Part shown: piece after piece, positions 15,293-28,700 of the stretch
How positions within the stretch are numbered: the first letter of the stretch is position 1
Layout: each line of letters begins with the position of its first letter
NCBI RefSeq assembly: GCF_009914755.1
Contig: NC_060932.1
DNA: 64,000 nucleotides
Direction: 5' to 3' (one strand)
Source: the human T2T-CHM13v2.0 reference genome, Homo sapiens
Translations under genes and position numbers: made by a program
Notes under the pieces: generated by a model
Databases searched by the model: none
What the model was told of the DNA's origin: nothing
What the model saw: the letters and a program-made list of their open reading frames with translations, nothing else

Positions 15293-16602
15293 AACTAGAG
15301 TGGGGAGGGGGCAAGTGGGGGAGGCTAGATTATAGATGGATGGAGAGTAAGTGGTATATAAACAAATACAAAAGTAACAAGAATTATGACTATAAATTGG
15401 AGGGGAATGTATAAAGTAGTTTGGAGATGCAAAGTTGAATGAGTGTTCTTTGTCGATTTAATAGGGAGGAAGGAATCATTACACAAGGAAAATCAGCATT
15501 GACCTAGAAATAAGATCAAAAACAAAAGTGGAGTGATTCCCATTAGATATCAGTAGTGGCTTACCTCTGTGACTTGAGAAAAGGAGATTAGAAATAGATA
15601 GGTGTAGGTTTTATACTGGGAATTTATTGAAGTTAATGCCTGATTTTCCTTTTAAAGAGCACTGCATGCAGGGATGAATTAGGTACCTCCAGAAGAGTTA
15701 TGACAGTTTGAAAAAGTAAAAATTTGTAATTAATTATTGATCAAAGTTTTAAAATAGAGCAATACAGTATAGTTAAAACACACACAACACAAACAGTACG
15801 TTGTATTGCGTTGAGTGATGAATATTCTGCCTTTTTTCTTTAATGTTCTATAAAAAGGTAATAGTTAGAATTAAACACACTAAAATTAGAATTATCTAGA
15901 AAAAACAACAAATTGACAGTGATTATAATAACCAAAGATGCACCCCTCTCATCACTCATTATTGTCTGAGATTAGAGCAGTCAGGTGTTATTCTTATTTC
16001 AGCACTGATAACTTCATTCAACTGATAATGCTACTGATGAGAGAATCATTCAAGAATGGGCAGTATGTCTTATGTTAATTTTCTTTCTGATTTTAAGGTG
16101 CTCCAGAATTAAAATTATAATACTTTGAATGAATGTGACAAAAACTATTAAACTCTTATTTTTATATTTGGGAAGTATGATAGAAATGGAAACTTCTAAC
16201 TCAAGTTCAGTTCTGTAACTTAGTCATGAACATTGTGCCATCCTACATTAACACGTGTCTGACAGCCAGAATTTGTTTTACATATTTTATTTTGTATAAC
16301 TGACATTTAGGACAGCTTTTATTAAAAATCATATTTAGAAATATGAAGGCTCTTTTAAACTACAAATATACTATGAGGTTGTAATTTAATCACATGTCCT
16401 TATGGTAATATTATGTTAGATTCTGTTATTTGTACTTGTAAACATAATTTTATGTTTATTCTGATGAGTGCCTACAGCGTGGCCTAATTTATAGTCAATA
16501 ACACAGAATATTATAGTGAGTGATAATTATGCAGTGTGTTATTATAAATAAGGGAAAATTAACTATGCTCTGAGATACACATCTATTGTAATTTGTTTTA
16601 CC

Positions 16603-16682
16603 TTAGGTTGGTGCAAAAGTAATTGCGGTTTTGGGCATTACTGTTAATGGCAAAAACTGCAATTACTTTTGCACGAACCTAA
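16603..16682. mobile_element. Complete MADE1 (Hsmar1 MITE), 80-bp imperfect palindrome
   Basis: ttaggttggtgcaaaagtaattgcggttttgggcatta ctgt taatggcaaaaactgcaattacttttgcacgaacctaa. Confidence 0.93.
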
Positions 16683-17031
16683 TATTTATATAAATGGAAT
16701 AATAAGTCAGGCCAACTTCACAGATTCTCCTAATATTGGTCTCCAGAAGCTTTTTATATTCTTACTTTCTGTTTTAATGTCATCTTATTGGCTAATGGAG
16801 AAAAGGGCAGCTTTTATCTTTCTGGCTCTTAACAACTGGTTGAAGATAAAAGCAAGTCAGACCTTTGGGTTCTATTCTTATTTTTGCTATTTGACATATG
16901 CCACATATACCTGTGGACCTTTTGTCAAATTGGCTGTTGTTTCTCTTAAAAGCCTATATTCTTTGTAATGCATTAAACATAAGAACCCACTGCTCCTGAT
17001 TATAACTTATGTAGTTAATAAATCCATATTT

Positions 17032-17347
<316 letters not shown>

Positions 17348-18864
17348 TAAATCTATATTTTTAATAGCATGTTTGTAGAACATTTGAATTTAAGAAGACA
17401 TGGTTCTATCATTAAGTAAGTGTGGGAAATACAAATGAAGGACTTGAGACTTTAGTAAGTTTTAGGGAATATCATGCTATTTCTCACAAACTTATTTGAC
17501 CATGAAAAATTTTTTTACATGTAATATCTCACAGGACCTGCCTCCTTAAGAACATACTTTGCAAAAGGCCAAAGTGATGATTCTAAAATGTGGGGGTTTT
17601 TTGGTAATAATTTTAATGTTTATGTAATTGATAATAATTAATTGTAATTTTGCTGTACCAAAGAACTGTGTTTTATGTATGCCTATAGAACCCAATAATT
17701 TAGAGACTGAAAATGTCAAACTTAGCCTACTTATAAATTGCCATTATTCTAGATTTGCTCTCCCTGACTCTTGGCGTCCAACAAAGAATCAATTTGTTGC
17801 TCATAACCTTATGTGATTTATCAGCTTCTCTATCACCTCTGCCTCTATAACTGTCACAGTCCAGACTCCCATCAATTTCTGCATGTGCTCTTTGACTCTC
17901 AGCTCCACTCATCACCACAAGTTCATACCACTGGTAGCAATTTTTCTAAAACATAAGACTTATCATATTTCTCTTCTCTTCTCTTCTCAGGACAGTGTCT
18001 GTACATAGTAGGCTCTCCATAAATATCTGTTGGATTATTAAATGAACCATATCTGCAAGACCAGGCTACTATAAAATAATGTTCTGTAGTCAGCATATAA
18101 CATAAACATTTCATTTGGTTGAAATTATCTCAGAAAAAATTACTTAAATTTAGTACAGAATCCAGATACACCCTCTTTCAATAAATCCATATAAGCCTAT
18201 TTTTTTTCTTTCTGCGATGGAAATTGCTTGTTCTTTGCTTGATTGCTGTGCTTTACATTTGGGGGCAATACTATGTGAAAGATATGTATCTTTAAACATT
18301 AGAAATATATCCAATGGTAAGATGCTTATAATATGACTGCTATATGGATTCTGGGTTCTATTGAGGGAATAGCAAACCCATGTCTAATACCAAGCCCATA
18401 GTAGCAAATCCATGCTGATATAGTTTGAATGTTGGTGCCATGCCCCCCTCAAATCTCATATTGAAATGTAATCTCCAGTGTTGGTGGTGGGGTCTGGTGG
18501 GAAGTCTTTGGGTCATGGGGACAGATCCCTCATGAATGTCTTGGTGCTGTCCTAGCAATAGTGAGTGTGTTCTCCTGAGATCTGGTCATTTAAAGGTATA
18601 TGGCACCTCCCCATTCTCTCTCTCATTCTCTATCTTGCCATGTAACATACCTGCTCCCGCTTTGCCTTCTGCAAGGATTGCAAGCTTTCTGAGGCCCTCA
18701 CCAGAAGCAGATGGTGAAGCCATGCTTCTTGTACATCCTGAAAATCCACGAGCCAATTAAATTTATTTTCTTTATAAATAACCTAGTCTCGAATATTCCT
18801 TTATAGTAATACAAACAGACTAACAAATTGAAAGCAAAATTTGACTAGAAAATTCCTATCAAGC

Positions 18865-19232
18865 TGATATGGTTTGGCTGTGTCCCCAGCCAAATCTCAT
18901 CTTAAATTCCCATGTGGTGTAAAAAGAACCTGGTGGGAGGTCACTGAATCATGGGGTCAAGGCTTTCCCGTGCTGTTCTTGTGATAGGGAATAAGTCTCA
19001 CAGGATCTGATGATTTTAAAAAGAGGCGTTCCCCTGCACTAGCTCTCTCTCTCTCTTTGCCTGCAGCCCTGCAGCCGTCCACGTAAAATGTGACTTGCTC
19101 CTCCTTACCTTCCACCATGATCGTGAGGCCTACCCAGCCATGTGGAACTATAAGTCCAATAAACCTCTTTCCTTTGTAAATTGCCCAGTCTTGGGTATGT
19201 CTTTATCAGCAGTGTGAAAACGGGCTAATACA
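18865..19232 (+). mobile_element. THE1 (B/C-like) solo LTR nested in MST-int
   Basis: tgatatggtttggctgtgtcccc...aataaacctc...ctaataca. TSD CAAGC/CAAGG. Confidence 0.9.
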
Positions 19233-19651
19233 CAAGGAGTGGGGTGTTACTATAAGGATACCTGGAAATGTAGAAATGGCTTTAGAAATGGGTAATGGGC
19301 AAAGGTTCAAAGAGTTTTGAGGCCTCAGAAGATAGAAAGATAAGGAAAAGTTTGGAGTTTCTTAGAAACTACATAAATGGTTGTGACAAAAATGCTGGTA
19401 GAAATATGGACAGTGAAGTCTAAGTTGACAAGGTCTCCGATGGAAATGAGGAAGTCATTGGGAATTGGAGCAAAGGTCACCTGTATTATTCTCTAGCAAA
19501 GAATTTGGCTGCATTGTGTTCATGTCCTAGTACATGTCCTAGAGATCTGTGCAAACTTAAAGTTAAGAGTGATGTCTTTGGGTATCTGGCAGAAGAAATT
19601 TCTAAGCAGCAAACCGTTCAAGAGGTGGCCTGGCTACTTCTAACAACCTAC

Positions 19652-20234
19652 TGAGAGCGGCAGGAGGCAGCCAAATGCCCAAGAAGATAGGGGTGGGTCC
19701 GTGGTGAAACCCCACCTTCAAGCAAAAAACAGCTTGAAGGCTGAAAGACCAGACTGCTGGTCCTGGATGAAACCCGCGACCCAGAGTGAGAACTTCTGTT
19801 CCTGTTCGCCTGCCCTTTCCTAATTGATTCTTTCTAAATAATGTCTTTTACCCAATCGAATGCTGCCTTTTCCAATAGTACCTACAGCCTGCCCCTCCCC
19901 TATGCTGAGGCCATAAAAAGCCCCAGACCCAGCTATGCACAGAGGAGAGAACTGCCCGACTGTGAGATTGGGGTACCACCTCCTGCATCCCCTCTCCACT
20001 GAGAGCTGTTCTGTTGCTCAATAAAATTCGTCTTCACCCTCCTCACCCTTCAATGTCCAGAATATCCTCCTTCTTGGGTTCAGTACAAGAGCTAGGGAAC
20101 TACCAACTGCGAGTACAAACTATAACAAAGGCAAGCTGGGACACATCAGCGTGGCCCAGTGAGGCCCAGGTGGGGTGTCGCTGGCCAGAGATTCACGGCT
20201 TTCAAAGTGTTGGAGAAGAAAATATCGTACATCA
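19652..20234 (+). mobile_element. ERV1 solo LTR (MER61/LTR27-like) nested in MST-int
   Basis: TG...CA termini (tgagagcggcaggaggcagccaaatgcc...gtacatca). TATA-like cataaaaa and AATAAA inside. 4-bp TSD CTAC/CTAT. Confidence 0.8.
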
Positions 20235-22184
20235 CTATAGTTAGCTACAGGAGCAAAGACATGACTTAAAGTTGGAGCTTATATTTAGAAGGGAAGTAGA
20301 GTGTAAACGTTTGAAAAATTCACAGCCAAGCCATGTGGCAGGAAAGAAAAAATGCATTTTCAGGAGTGGGATACAAGCAGGCTTGTGGAGCAATCACTTG
20401 CTAGAGAAATTAGAATGAGTAAAAGGGAGCCAAGTGCTAATATCCAAGACAATGGGGAAAAGGTTTTGAAGGTATTTCAGAGATCTTTCAGGCAGCCTCT
20501 ATCATCACAGGCCCAGAGGCTTAGGAAAAAATAATAGTTTCCTGTACCAGGCCCATGGCCCTGCTGCCTGCCTTGGGAGGCTGCTCCCTGCATCCCAGCC
20601 ACTCTGGCTTCAGCCTTGGCTCAAAGGGGTCCAGGTACAGCTCAGGCCACAGCTCTGTAAAGTGCAAGCCATAATCCTTGGCAGTTTTCACATGGTGTTA
20701 GGTCTGCAGATGCTCATAATGCAAGTGTGAAGGACGCTTGTCAACTTCTGCCTAAATGTCAGAGAATGTATAGAAAATCCCGGGTGCCCAGGCAGAAGCC
20801 TGCTATAGGGTTGGAGCCCCACAGAGAAACTCTACTAGTGCAATGCCAAGGGGAAATGTGGGATTGTAGAACCCACACAAAGTCCCCACCAAGGCACTAC
20901 CTTATGGAGTTGTGGGAAGTAGGCCACCACCCTCCAGACCCTATAATGGCAGAGGCACTAGCAGCTTGCACCTCTGCCTGGAAAAGCTGCAAGCACTCAA
21001 CTCAAACCTTTGAGAGCAGCCACATGAGCTGCACCCTGCAAAGCCATAGAGGCGGGGCTGCCCAAGGCCTTGGGAGTCCACCCCTCACACAAGAATGTGG
21101 GACATGGAGTGAAAGAAGATTATTTTGGAACTTTAAGATTTAATGATTGCTCTGTTGGGTTTCAGACTTGTGTGGAGAATATTGACCCTTTCTTTGGGCC
21201 AATTTATCACTTTTGGAATGGGAATGTTTACCCAATGCCTGCACTACTATTGTATCTTGGGAGTAAATAACTTGTTTTGATTTTATAGGCTGATGGGTGG
21301 AAGTGCATGAGTCTCAGATGGAACTTATGACTTTGGATTTCATGCTGGAATGATTTAAGACTTTTGAGAACTATTAGCAGGGGATGATTGTATTTTTCAA
21401 TGTGAGAAGGATATAAGATATGAGGGGCCAGGGGCAGAATGATAGTGTTTGGATGTTTGTCCACTTCAAATCTCATGTTGGAATGTAATCCTCAATATTG
21501 GAGGTGGGGCCAGGTAGGAGGTGTTTGGGTCATGGGGGAAAATCCCTCATGAATGGCTTGGTGCTATCCTTGCGATAGTGAGTGAGTTCTCCCAAGATAT
21601 GGTTGTTTAACCATGTAGCACCTTCCCCCTCTCTCTCTTGCTTCCTCTCTTGCCATGTGATGTGTCTAATCCCCCTTCACCTTCCACCATGATTGGAAGC
21701 CTTCTGAGACCCTCACTAGAAGCATGGCAGACCACATTTCCTGTACAGCCTGCAGAATGTGAGCCAATTAAACCTCTTTTCTTCCTAAATTACCCAGTTT
21801 CAGGTACTCCTTTATAGTAATGCAAACAGACAAATACACATGCTAATATCTTATCAGTCTAAGGAATATGCTTATTTAGTGAGTGAAGTTTTATTCACAC
21901 AGTTTCTTAGTTTTCTTGTTCTTTATTCTTCTATTTGTTTAATTTAAAAAAATTATCTTTTGGCTGAATTTGTTTCATTTGATTTGTATAAGTAAAATGT
22001 GTCCATGATCCAACTATATTACATATATTCTTGTTTTACCCATGAATTATGTATGCAATGATACAGTAGACAGATGTGATATTTCTGGAGAAATCAGACC
22101 ATCACACCACCAGGTTTTAAGGTATCCAATCATCCACTGAAAATACCACTTTGAGCAGGGGTATGTATGTGGGATGAAGGAGCA

Positions 22185-22249
22185 AGACAGAAGAATAGAA
22201 GAAGAAAAGAAGAAGGAGGAGGAGGAGGAGCAGAAGAAGAAAAGAAGAA
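22185..22249. repeat. GAA/GGA-rich purine low-complexity tract
   Basis: agaagaatagaagaagaaaagaagaaggaggaggaggaggagcagaagaag. Confidence 0.85.
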
Positions 22250-23369
22250 ACTTATCACTGAGTGAATTAGAAGAAATTTCAAAACATTTATGTGGGAGAA
22301 ATGCTACTTGAATGTTCAGGTATCTTAGAGACATTATAATACAGGCAACATAGCCTTAAGCTACTTGCAATTTCACATCTGTCTCTTCACTTGTGTAATG
22401 CATAATTTATTATCAAATATACTCTGTAATGAAAATTATTATATAATGTATAAATTATTCACAGAAAGCAAGTTAGGTACTTTTAAAAGTGATGACTTCT
22501 TGCAGGTCACAAAAGAGCAATGTGATATATTAAATCAATAATTTACTAGATGTGGCCTGTGACTCTTTCAGTTTGAAAGAACTGCTGTACCTTACAAAAC
22601 TGCTAGTATATTTCTAGTAAATTACTTATGCATTGATATAGCCTGATTGAATGTCACAAATCATAAATCCTAGTATAGAATATGTTTGAAAGCTATATCT
22701 CTCATGGAGCATTTTTTAAGAGAAGGCTTTCCTAACCCTTAAAGTCTGTGATATGAATTTGAATTCAGACAGCTACTATTACCAGTATTGACTTTAAAAT
22801 TAAAATTACTACTGTTTGTTTCTTTTGTTCAAAAATTTGATCTTAGTAAAAATACCTAACTATCCAGCCATTCCCTTCATGTCTTTTTATGTCTCCCCTA
22901 TAACAACACATAATTCATTTTGTTTAACTGCCTTAAATGATAAGCCTCCAATAATGCTCCATTACATGTGAATTGACTTTGTTTAAATTTCACACTTCTT
23001 TTTAATACTAAAAAAAAAAAATTCCATATCAGTGTGGTAATCAGTGGCTTATAAACCATTTTAATGACTCAATAAGTCATGTTAGGATGTAAGCTTCTAC
23101 ACCTGTCATCTCACTGATTGCCTGGATTCATTCATTAGATTTCCCTGGCTAGGAAGCCATCACCTTCATCCCTCAGTGCTCTGTGAGCTGTTTTCTCCAT
23201 CAGAGAGTGTGATCCTACAGAAAGAGTCATTCTATGACAAAGTCCTATGAACAGCTATATCCTTGAATAGATCTTCCATGTTACCACATACAAATTCTAC
23301 TACTAGTAATAGTTTTGGAGGGCATAGACAGTTAATGTATGATACTATGTGACTCATTTTGTACCCCAA

Positions 23370-23580
23370 TTAAAAAATTGGGATATAATTTACATACATA
23401 AAATTCACTGTTTTAAAGTGTACAATTGAATGCTTTTTAGCATATTCATGAGTTTTAAAACTAACACCATTTTCTAATTTTAGAACATTTCCTTCACTCC
23501 CAAAATAATTTCAGTACCCATTAGTAGTCGCACGCTGTTGTCACTACCCCCAAGTTCCTGGAAACAGCTAACTTTTTAGG
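23370..23580 (-). mobile_element. Old L1M 3' end fragment
   Basis: gatataatttacatacataaaattcactgttttaaagtgtacaattg...ttttagaacatttcc, typical of the reverse L1MB/ME 3' terminus. Confidence 0.75.
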
Positions 23581-24210
23581 AAACTGTATGGGAAGATAAT
23601 TTCTTAAAAGATCTGAATTATTGGCAGTTTTTGAAACTAAAATAGCTTTTTATCACATAGTTGATGTCTTACTGCTTTTTAATGATGAAAACCTTTTACT
23701 ATTTAAAGAAATTACTTAAAGCAACTAATATATTAGTTTAAAATGACTTTAAAGGGAAAAGCGCTCTTTAATAATTTGTTAACTTCTACCAAATCGCCTC
23801 AAAAATGTTGCTTTCTTGGGAATGTTTTCTCTAATTTCCAGACTTTTTCAGAAACCACCATTACTTTTAGGACAGTAAATGCAGTTTGTAATTCTGTATT
23901 TATTTTGTATGGCTATTTGATTAATGTCCATATCTATCTCTAGTCTATAAGATCTGTCAAATCAAAGTTTCCATGTCTTTTCTGCATACTATTTGTATCT
24001 CTGGAGCCTAGCATAGTACCTGTTTTTATAATAGGTTTCCAATAAATATATGCTGTATTAGGAAAAATGACAAAATGTAAATTATTAATATCTTGCTATT
24101 GACTAAATACATGGAGTATAAAACTCATAGATTTAAAAAATCCTTCCATTTAGGATAGCATGGTAGAGTACAACATAAAACTCAGCACATTGGAATCAGG
24201 TTTAGGTTTA

Positions 24211-24508
24211 GGCTGGGCGCGGTGGCTCACGCACATAATCCTAGAGCTCTGGGAGGCAGAGTCCAGTGGATCACTTGAGGTCAGGAGTTCGAGACCAGAC
24301 TGGCCAACATGGCAGAATTCCATCTCTACTAAAAATACAAAAAAATTAGTCAGGCATGGTGGCAGGTGCCTATAATCCTAGCTACTCAGGAGGCTTAGGC
24401 AAGAGAACCAGGAGGCAGAGATTCCAGTGAGCCGAGCTTGCGCCACTGCACTCCAACCTAGGCAACAGAGTGAGACTCCACCTCGAAAAAAAAAGAAAAA
24501 TAAGAGAA
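24211..24508 (+). mobile_element. AluS inserted into a MIR (MIR about 24150-24565)
   Basis: Dimer with a small right-arm deletion. 13-bp TSD AGGTTTAGGTTTA at 24198-24210 and 24509-24521. Confidence 0.93.
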
Positions 24509-25488
24509 AGGTTTAGGTTTAAATTCCAGCTTCAGTCTTTACTGACTGAGTAGCCTTAGGACAGAGGGAAATACAAACTTGAACTGGAACAGGAAGTGTC
24601 TGTTAGATCTGGTATGTAGTGTGGGTTTAGGAAAATGAATTAGGGAACTGCCCTGATCTACTCCAGAATCTTCTGCTGGCAATATAATGAGGCTTTTGTA
24701 AGGCCTTAGGAAAATGAACTAACCTCATCAATCTCAGGAGGATACAAAGCTTAGAGGTAATAGCAGAAGAAACTTTCTTAGTAGTTTGCCAAACTGCTCC
24801 CTTGACAGAGGTAGGAATGCCTTTAAGTGATCCTACTTTGAGCACTGTCACTCTCTAGGAGAAGTTCATGGCTTGTATTTTCTTCTCTTAATTTTTCTCT
24901 AAGGATCAAGAGCAGAGTACTCCATCCCAAAGAGAGGAAGCCATGTCAATTCAGCTGTTTCTCAATGGTTGAGGTCACTGCCTGGCTGTTGAAGGTCAAG
25001 GTGGATGTGGTCCTCTATTTTTCTTTAACTCTTTATCTTCTAGAAGCCTGGGGTGAAATAAGACTACTAGTAGCATTGGCTGTTATTCCACCTCAGACTT
25101 CTAAAGAAGAGAATGTGACTCATCTTCTCCTTTCCGTTATATTCAGGAGCTCCTTTCCTTCTTCCAGAAATTTAGATGAAGAAGAAAAATGTCTATATTT
25201 TCTCTAGACTTTAACCGAATTTTTTTCTAACTGAATTTTAGCATTTCTCTTAATTACAAATGTAGGCAACAAAGCACATGAATAGTAAAAGTTAACTGGG
25301 ACTTTGTCACCAGTAGAAATTATAGATTTTTTATACTGCATTATAATCGTTTCAGATACCTCAAAATGGTGTATAAGGTAATGTTACTATTACCTTAATA
25401 CCATTTGAATCTTGCCATGACTACTAACAGTTACTGTTATATACTTTATTTTCTTCACTTGTAAGAAGATAATTACTAAGTTGATTCA

Positions 25489-25495
25489 ACACACC

Positions 25496-25528
<33 letters not shown>
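25489..25528. repeat. (CA)n(TA)n microsatellite
   Basis: Directly visible. Confidence 0.9.
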
Positions 25529-25700
25529 GGTCCAGTAAAACTGACAATACACCAGGAAGGTACATTTGAGGTCTCACTTAAATGTAGACTACATGGTAGT
25601 TGAGAATGGGGCACATCTTCGTACAATGAGAATCCATATGACTGTCCATCTGGAGATATGGTTTAAATATGAACCCCAAGTCAATGGTAACAATAAAATG

Positions 25701-25947
25701 CAGGTTGAGCATCCCTAATTCAAAACGCAAAATCCAAAATGCTCCAAAATCTGAAATTTTTGAGCACCAACATGATATTCAAAGTTCATGTTCAAAGAAA
25801 ATGCTCATTGGAGCATTTTGGATTTGGGATTTTCAGATTAGGGGTGTTCAACTGGTAAGTATAAATGCAAATATTCCAATATCCGAAAAAAATCTGAAAT
25901 CGGAAAAACTCCAGTCCAAGCATTGTGGATTAGGGATTCTCAACCTG
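25701..25947. mobile_element. Tigger4/Zombi MITE
   Basis: TIRs caggttgagcatccct / agggattctcaacctg. Internal atccaaaatgctcca / tggagcattttggat. Confidence 0.85.
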
Positions 25948-27209
25948 TATACTCTGAATTATAGGCATTGATTTGCAAATTACTTCTTACATTGGCTACT
26001 CCACATAGTATGCTCCAGAATCCATAGCAGCAGGGATTTGTTTATAACAATGTTAATGATTCTCTAGACTAGCATCCAGGAGGCCAACTGGAGACAGAGT
26101 GTATGTAAGACTGTCAGAAAAATAGCAAGTGCTCACTAACATTAGCATCTCTTCTTGTTTCCATTTAAATAATAATTTTCCCCTATCGTATGAAAACAAA
26201 ATATGCTTTGGTTTTATCCCAATGCAATGCAAAATACATTAAAATACATTACGCTTCTCTATTGAAAACCTTTCCAACACATAATCTGTGTATTTTATCC
26301 GTGAACAAAATTCCTGTGTGCTGCTGATGAAAAGCAGATATTTGATGATACACAGACATAATTTACCACTAAGCATTTGTTTTATGAATCTTTTGTCTGC
26401 ATGCTTTAATTATATTACATATTTAAATGATTTCAAATGCCAATGGCTCAGTATATTAGATTAGATAATCTCTATATGCATTGATAATGGAATGAGACTC
26501 TAGACTTATTTCACACCCCCAAAAAATTTTGTAAACCTCAAGGACATTTGACATAAGGATCTTAGCACAAGACAAGTCATGCCATTTAAACAAAATATCT
26601 GAAATAAAAGTGTAGTTATTTATTTCTGAATTATATATACCCAAACAATATGATTTCATTAAAAGTAAGGCATATGAATAATTGGTAAATTAGAGATGAC
26701 TTTAAAGTTGGAAAGCTGTAATTATAAAATTGACTTCTTATTTTTTGGTTTGTTTCAAAGCTTTCTCTTTAATTAACAGGGTAAGAGGGCTCTTCTTTTA
26801 AAAGCTTGTATCATTCCACATATACTTGGAAGTTGAACAGAGAATGGTGCCAGAAGACCGCTGGATGTCTAATCTTAACATATTTGTGTTTAGGCACTTT
26901 TGACAGACCTTAGAGGTCATCAGTGATTGAGTGACTTAAATCTTTTTTTTTTTTTTTGCATAATCCAGATCTTATATCAGCATATGTGAAACAAAGGTAT
27001 TGAAAAGAACAGAGCTAGCGCTGGCTAAGTATATCTATATAGGCCTTTGTATACTGTCCAGAGTTGTATTTCAGATGAAATACAAAAATGCATTTAAGAT
27101 GAAAAATTCTATCAGGTTTTTTTTTTTTTGGTAGGAATTTACATTCTCTTAATTCTCATACTTAGCCTGGAGGAAGATTTCAATCTCACCACTTATTCTT
27201 AGTGCCATA

Positions 27210-28700
27210 CATCATTTGTAAAACATTAAACCAATTAAAATATTCCAGGCACTCTTTGGTTCTGGAGATATAAAAAGGTCAATACAAAGTCCTTTGCAGA
27301 ATTAACCAGTCTACCTATAGGGCAGTGATTAAGATCATGGCTTCATAAGAAGACTGCTAACCATGTGTGACTTTGAACTAGTGGATGAACCTCTCTCTGT
27401 GTCTTGGTTTCCTCATCTATAAAATGAGAATATTAATAGTCTCTACTTCATGGCATTATGGTGAAACACAAAATAATATGTAATATTATTATTACCAGCT
27501 TGATACAGGTAAGCTGTCATCTGTCAACAATCCTCCTCCTTATGCTCTTGTTCTACTGAATTACTTGAAATTCCACCAGCATTTCCTATTTGCTCTTTAC
27601 TTCTACATGTTTATATATGCTGAACCCTAGTTGTGAAACACATAATCTCTTTATTTCCTGTGGCTCACCTAGTTTCTTCTTACTTATACTTTTAAAATTC
27701 TGTTTACATATCACTTTCATAAGGAAGCCACCCTGATCTCTCTTCACAGCAAGATCAGATGTATATCCATGCTGTGCTCACAGTACTGTTTTTATTTCTA
27801 GCAATGGACTTTACCTATCTGTATCTCATCAGATTATAAACTCTCTAAGGGCAAGGACAAGGTTGAATTCATGTTGTTATCCCCAATTTTAAATGCAGGA
27901 CCAGGCATAATGGTACTTTTAACACCTGACTAAAAGGAATCAACAAATGATATAATCTTTTCTTTGGAATAATTGGTGAGCTAGTAGTTCATTAACAGTC
28001 TAAATATGTTTATTCTTAGGGTCATATATTATAACTGCCTATTAATTGGATGCTCACTGTACGTTGTAACAATGGAAAAGATTAAGAATATTTCATTTGT
28101 ACGGTGGTCAGTACTCTCTAGTTTAATGATTTACATTTGAAAGTTATGAGGTCCTGAAAGTACTTTGGGCTTTACATACATCAAATAAATCTTTATTCAG
28201 GATATAGAGTTGCAATTTTAGAATAGATATTGATTCTGTCCTGGGAGCTCTGAGGAGCACGGGGAGGGTAAATAGGAATTTTCTTCTAGTAAGAAGACAA
28301 GAGATTAGATGCCTGAAGAAAACAAGAGAGCTAGACAGCCAGAGAGCTGGGGTAAAAATAATCCAGGCTGAAAGAACAGCATGTGCAAAAGATGTGGGGC
28401 AGAAGTCTGATCAGTGCTTTGAGGAAATATCAAGGAGCCTGGTGTCACTCAAAGAATGTAGCAGAGGGAGGAAACAATAAAGAGGTCAGGGTGTGTATGA
28501 GCAGATGAAGTAGAACTTTGGATTATAAGATCTTTGGCATTTATTCTGATTTGGGAAGCCATTGGTGGATTTTGAGTAAATATGATATAATCTGAATTAT
28601 GCTCCAAAGATCACTCTATTGTGTTTGGAAGATACTATATGGAGAACAAAGGAAGGAGAAAAACTAGTTAGGAAAGAGGAAAAGAGGTAAGAGACGGCAG
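27210..28700. mobile_element. Cluster of degenerate L2 and MIR fragments
   Basis: MIR (+) about 27325-27480 (tgtcttggtttcctcatctataaaatgag). L2 (+) about 27540-27950. L2 (-) about 28310-28700. Boundaries approximate. Confidence 0.6.

Larger units (their letters stand above)
18416..21838 (+). mobile_element. Full-length MST (MSTB-like) MaLR provirus: 5' LTR 18416-~18825, internal region, 3' LTR 21440-21838
   Basis: Both LTRs start tgata and end with (ta)aca-type termini. Purine tract gaggggccaggggcagaa precedes the 3' LTR. Perfect 5-bp TSD CATGC at 18411-18415 and 21839-21843. Confidence 0.92.

Noticed and set aside
20727-21143. 138-aa ORF, the longest in the track
   Set aside because: It lies within the decayed MST internal region and has no recognisable domain.
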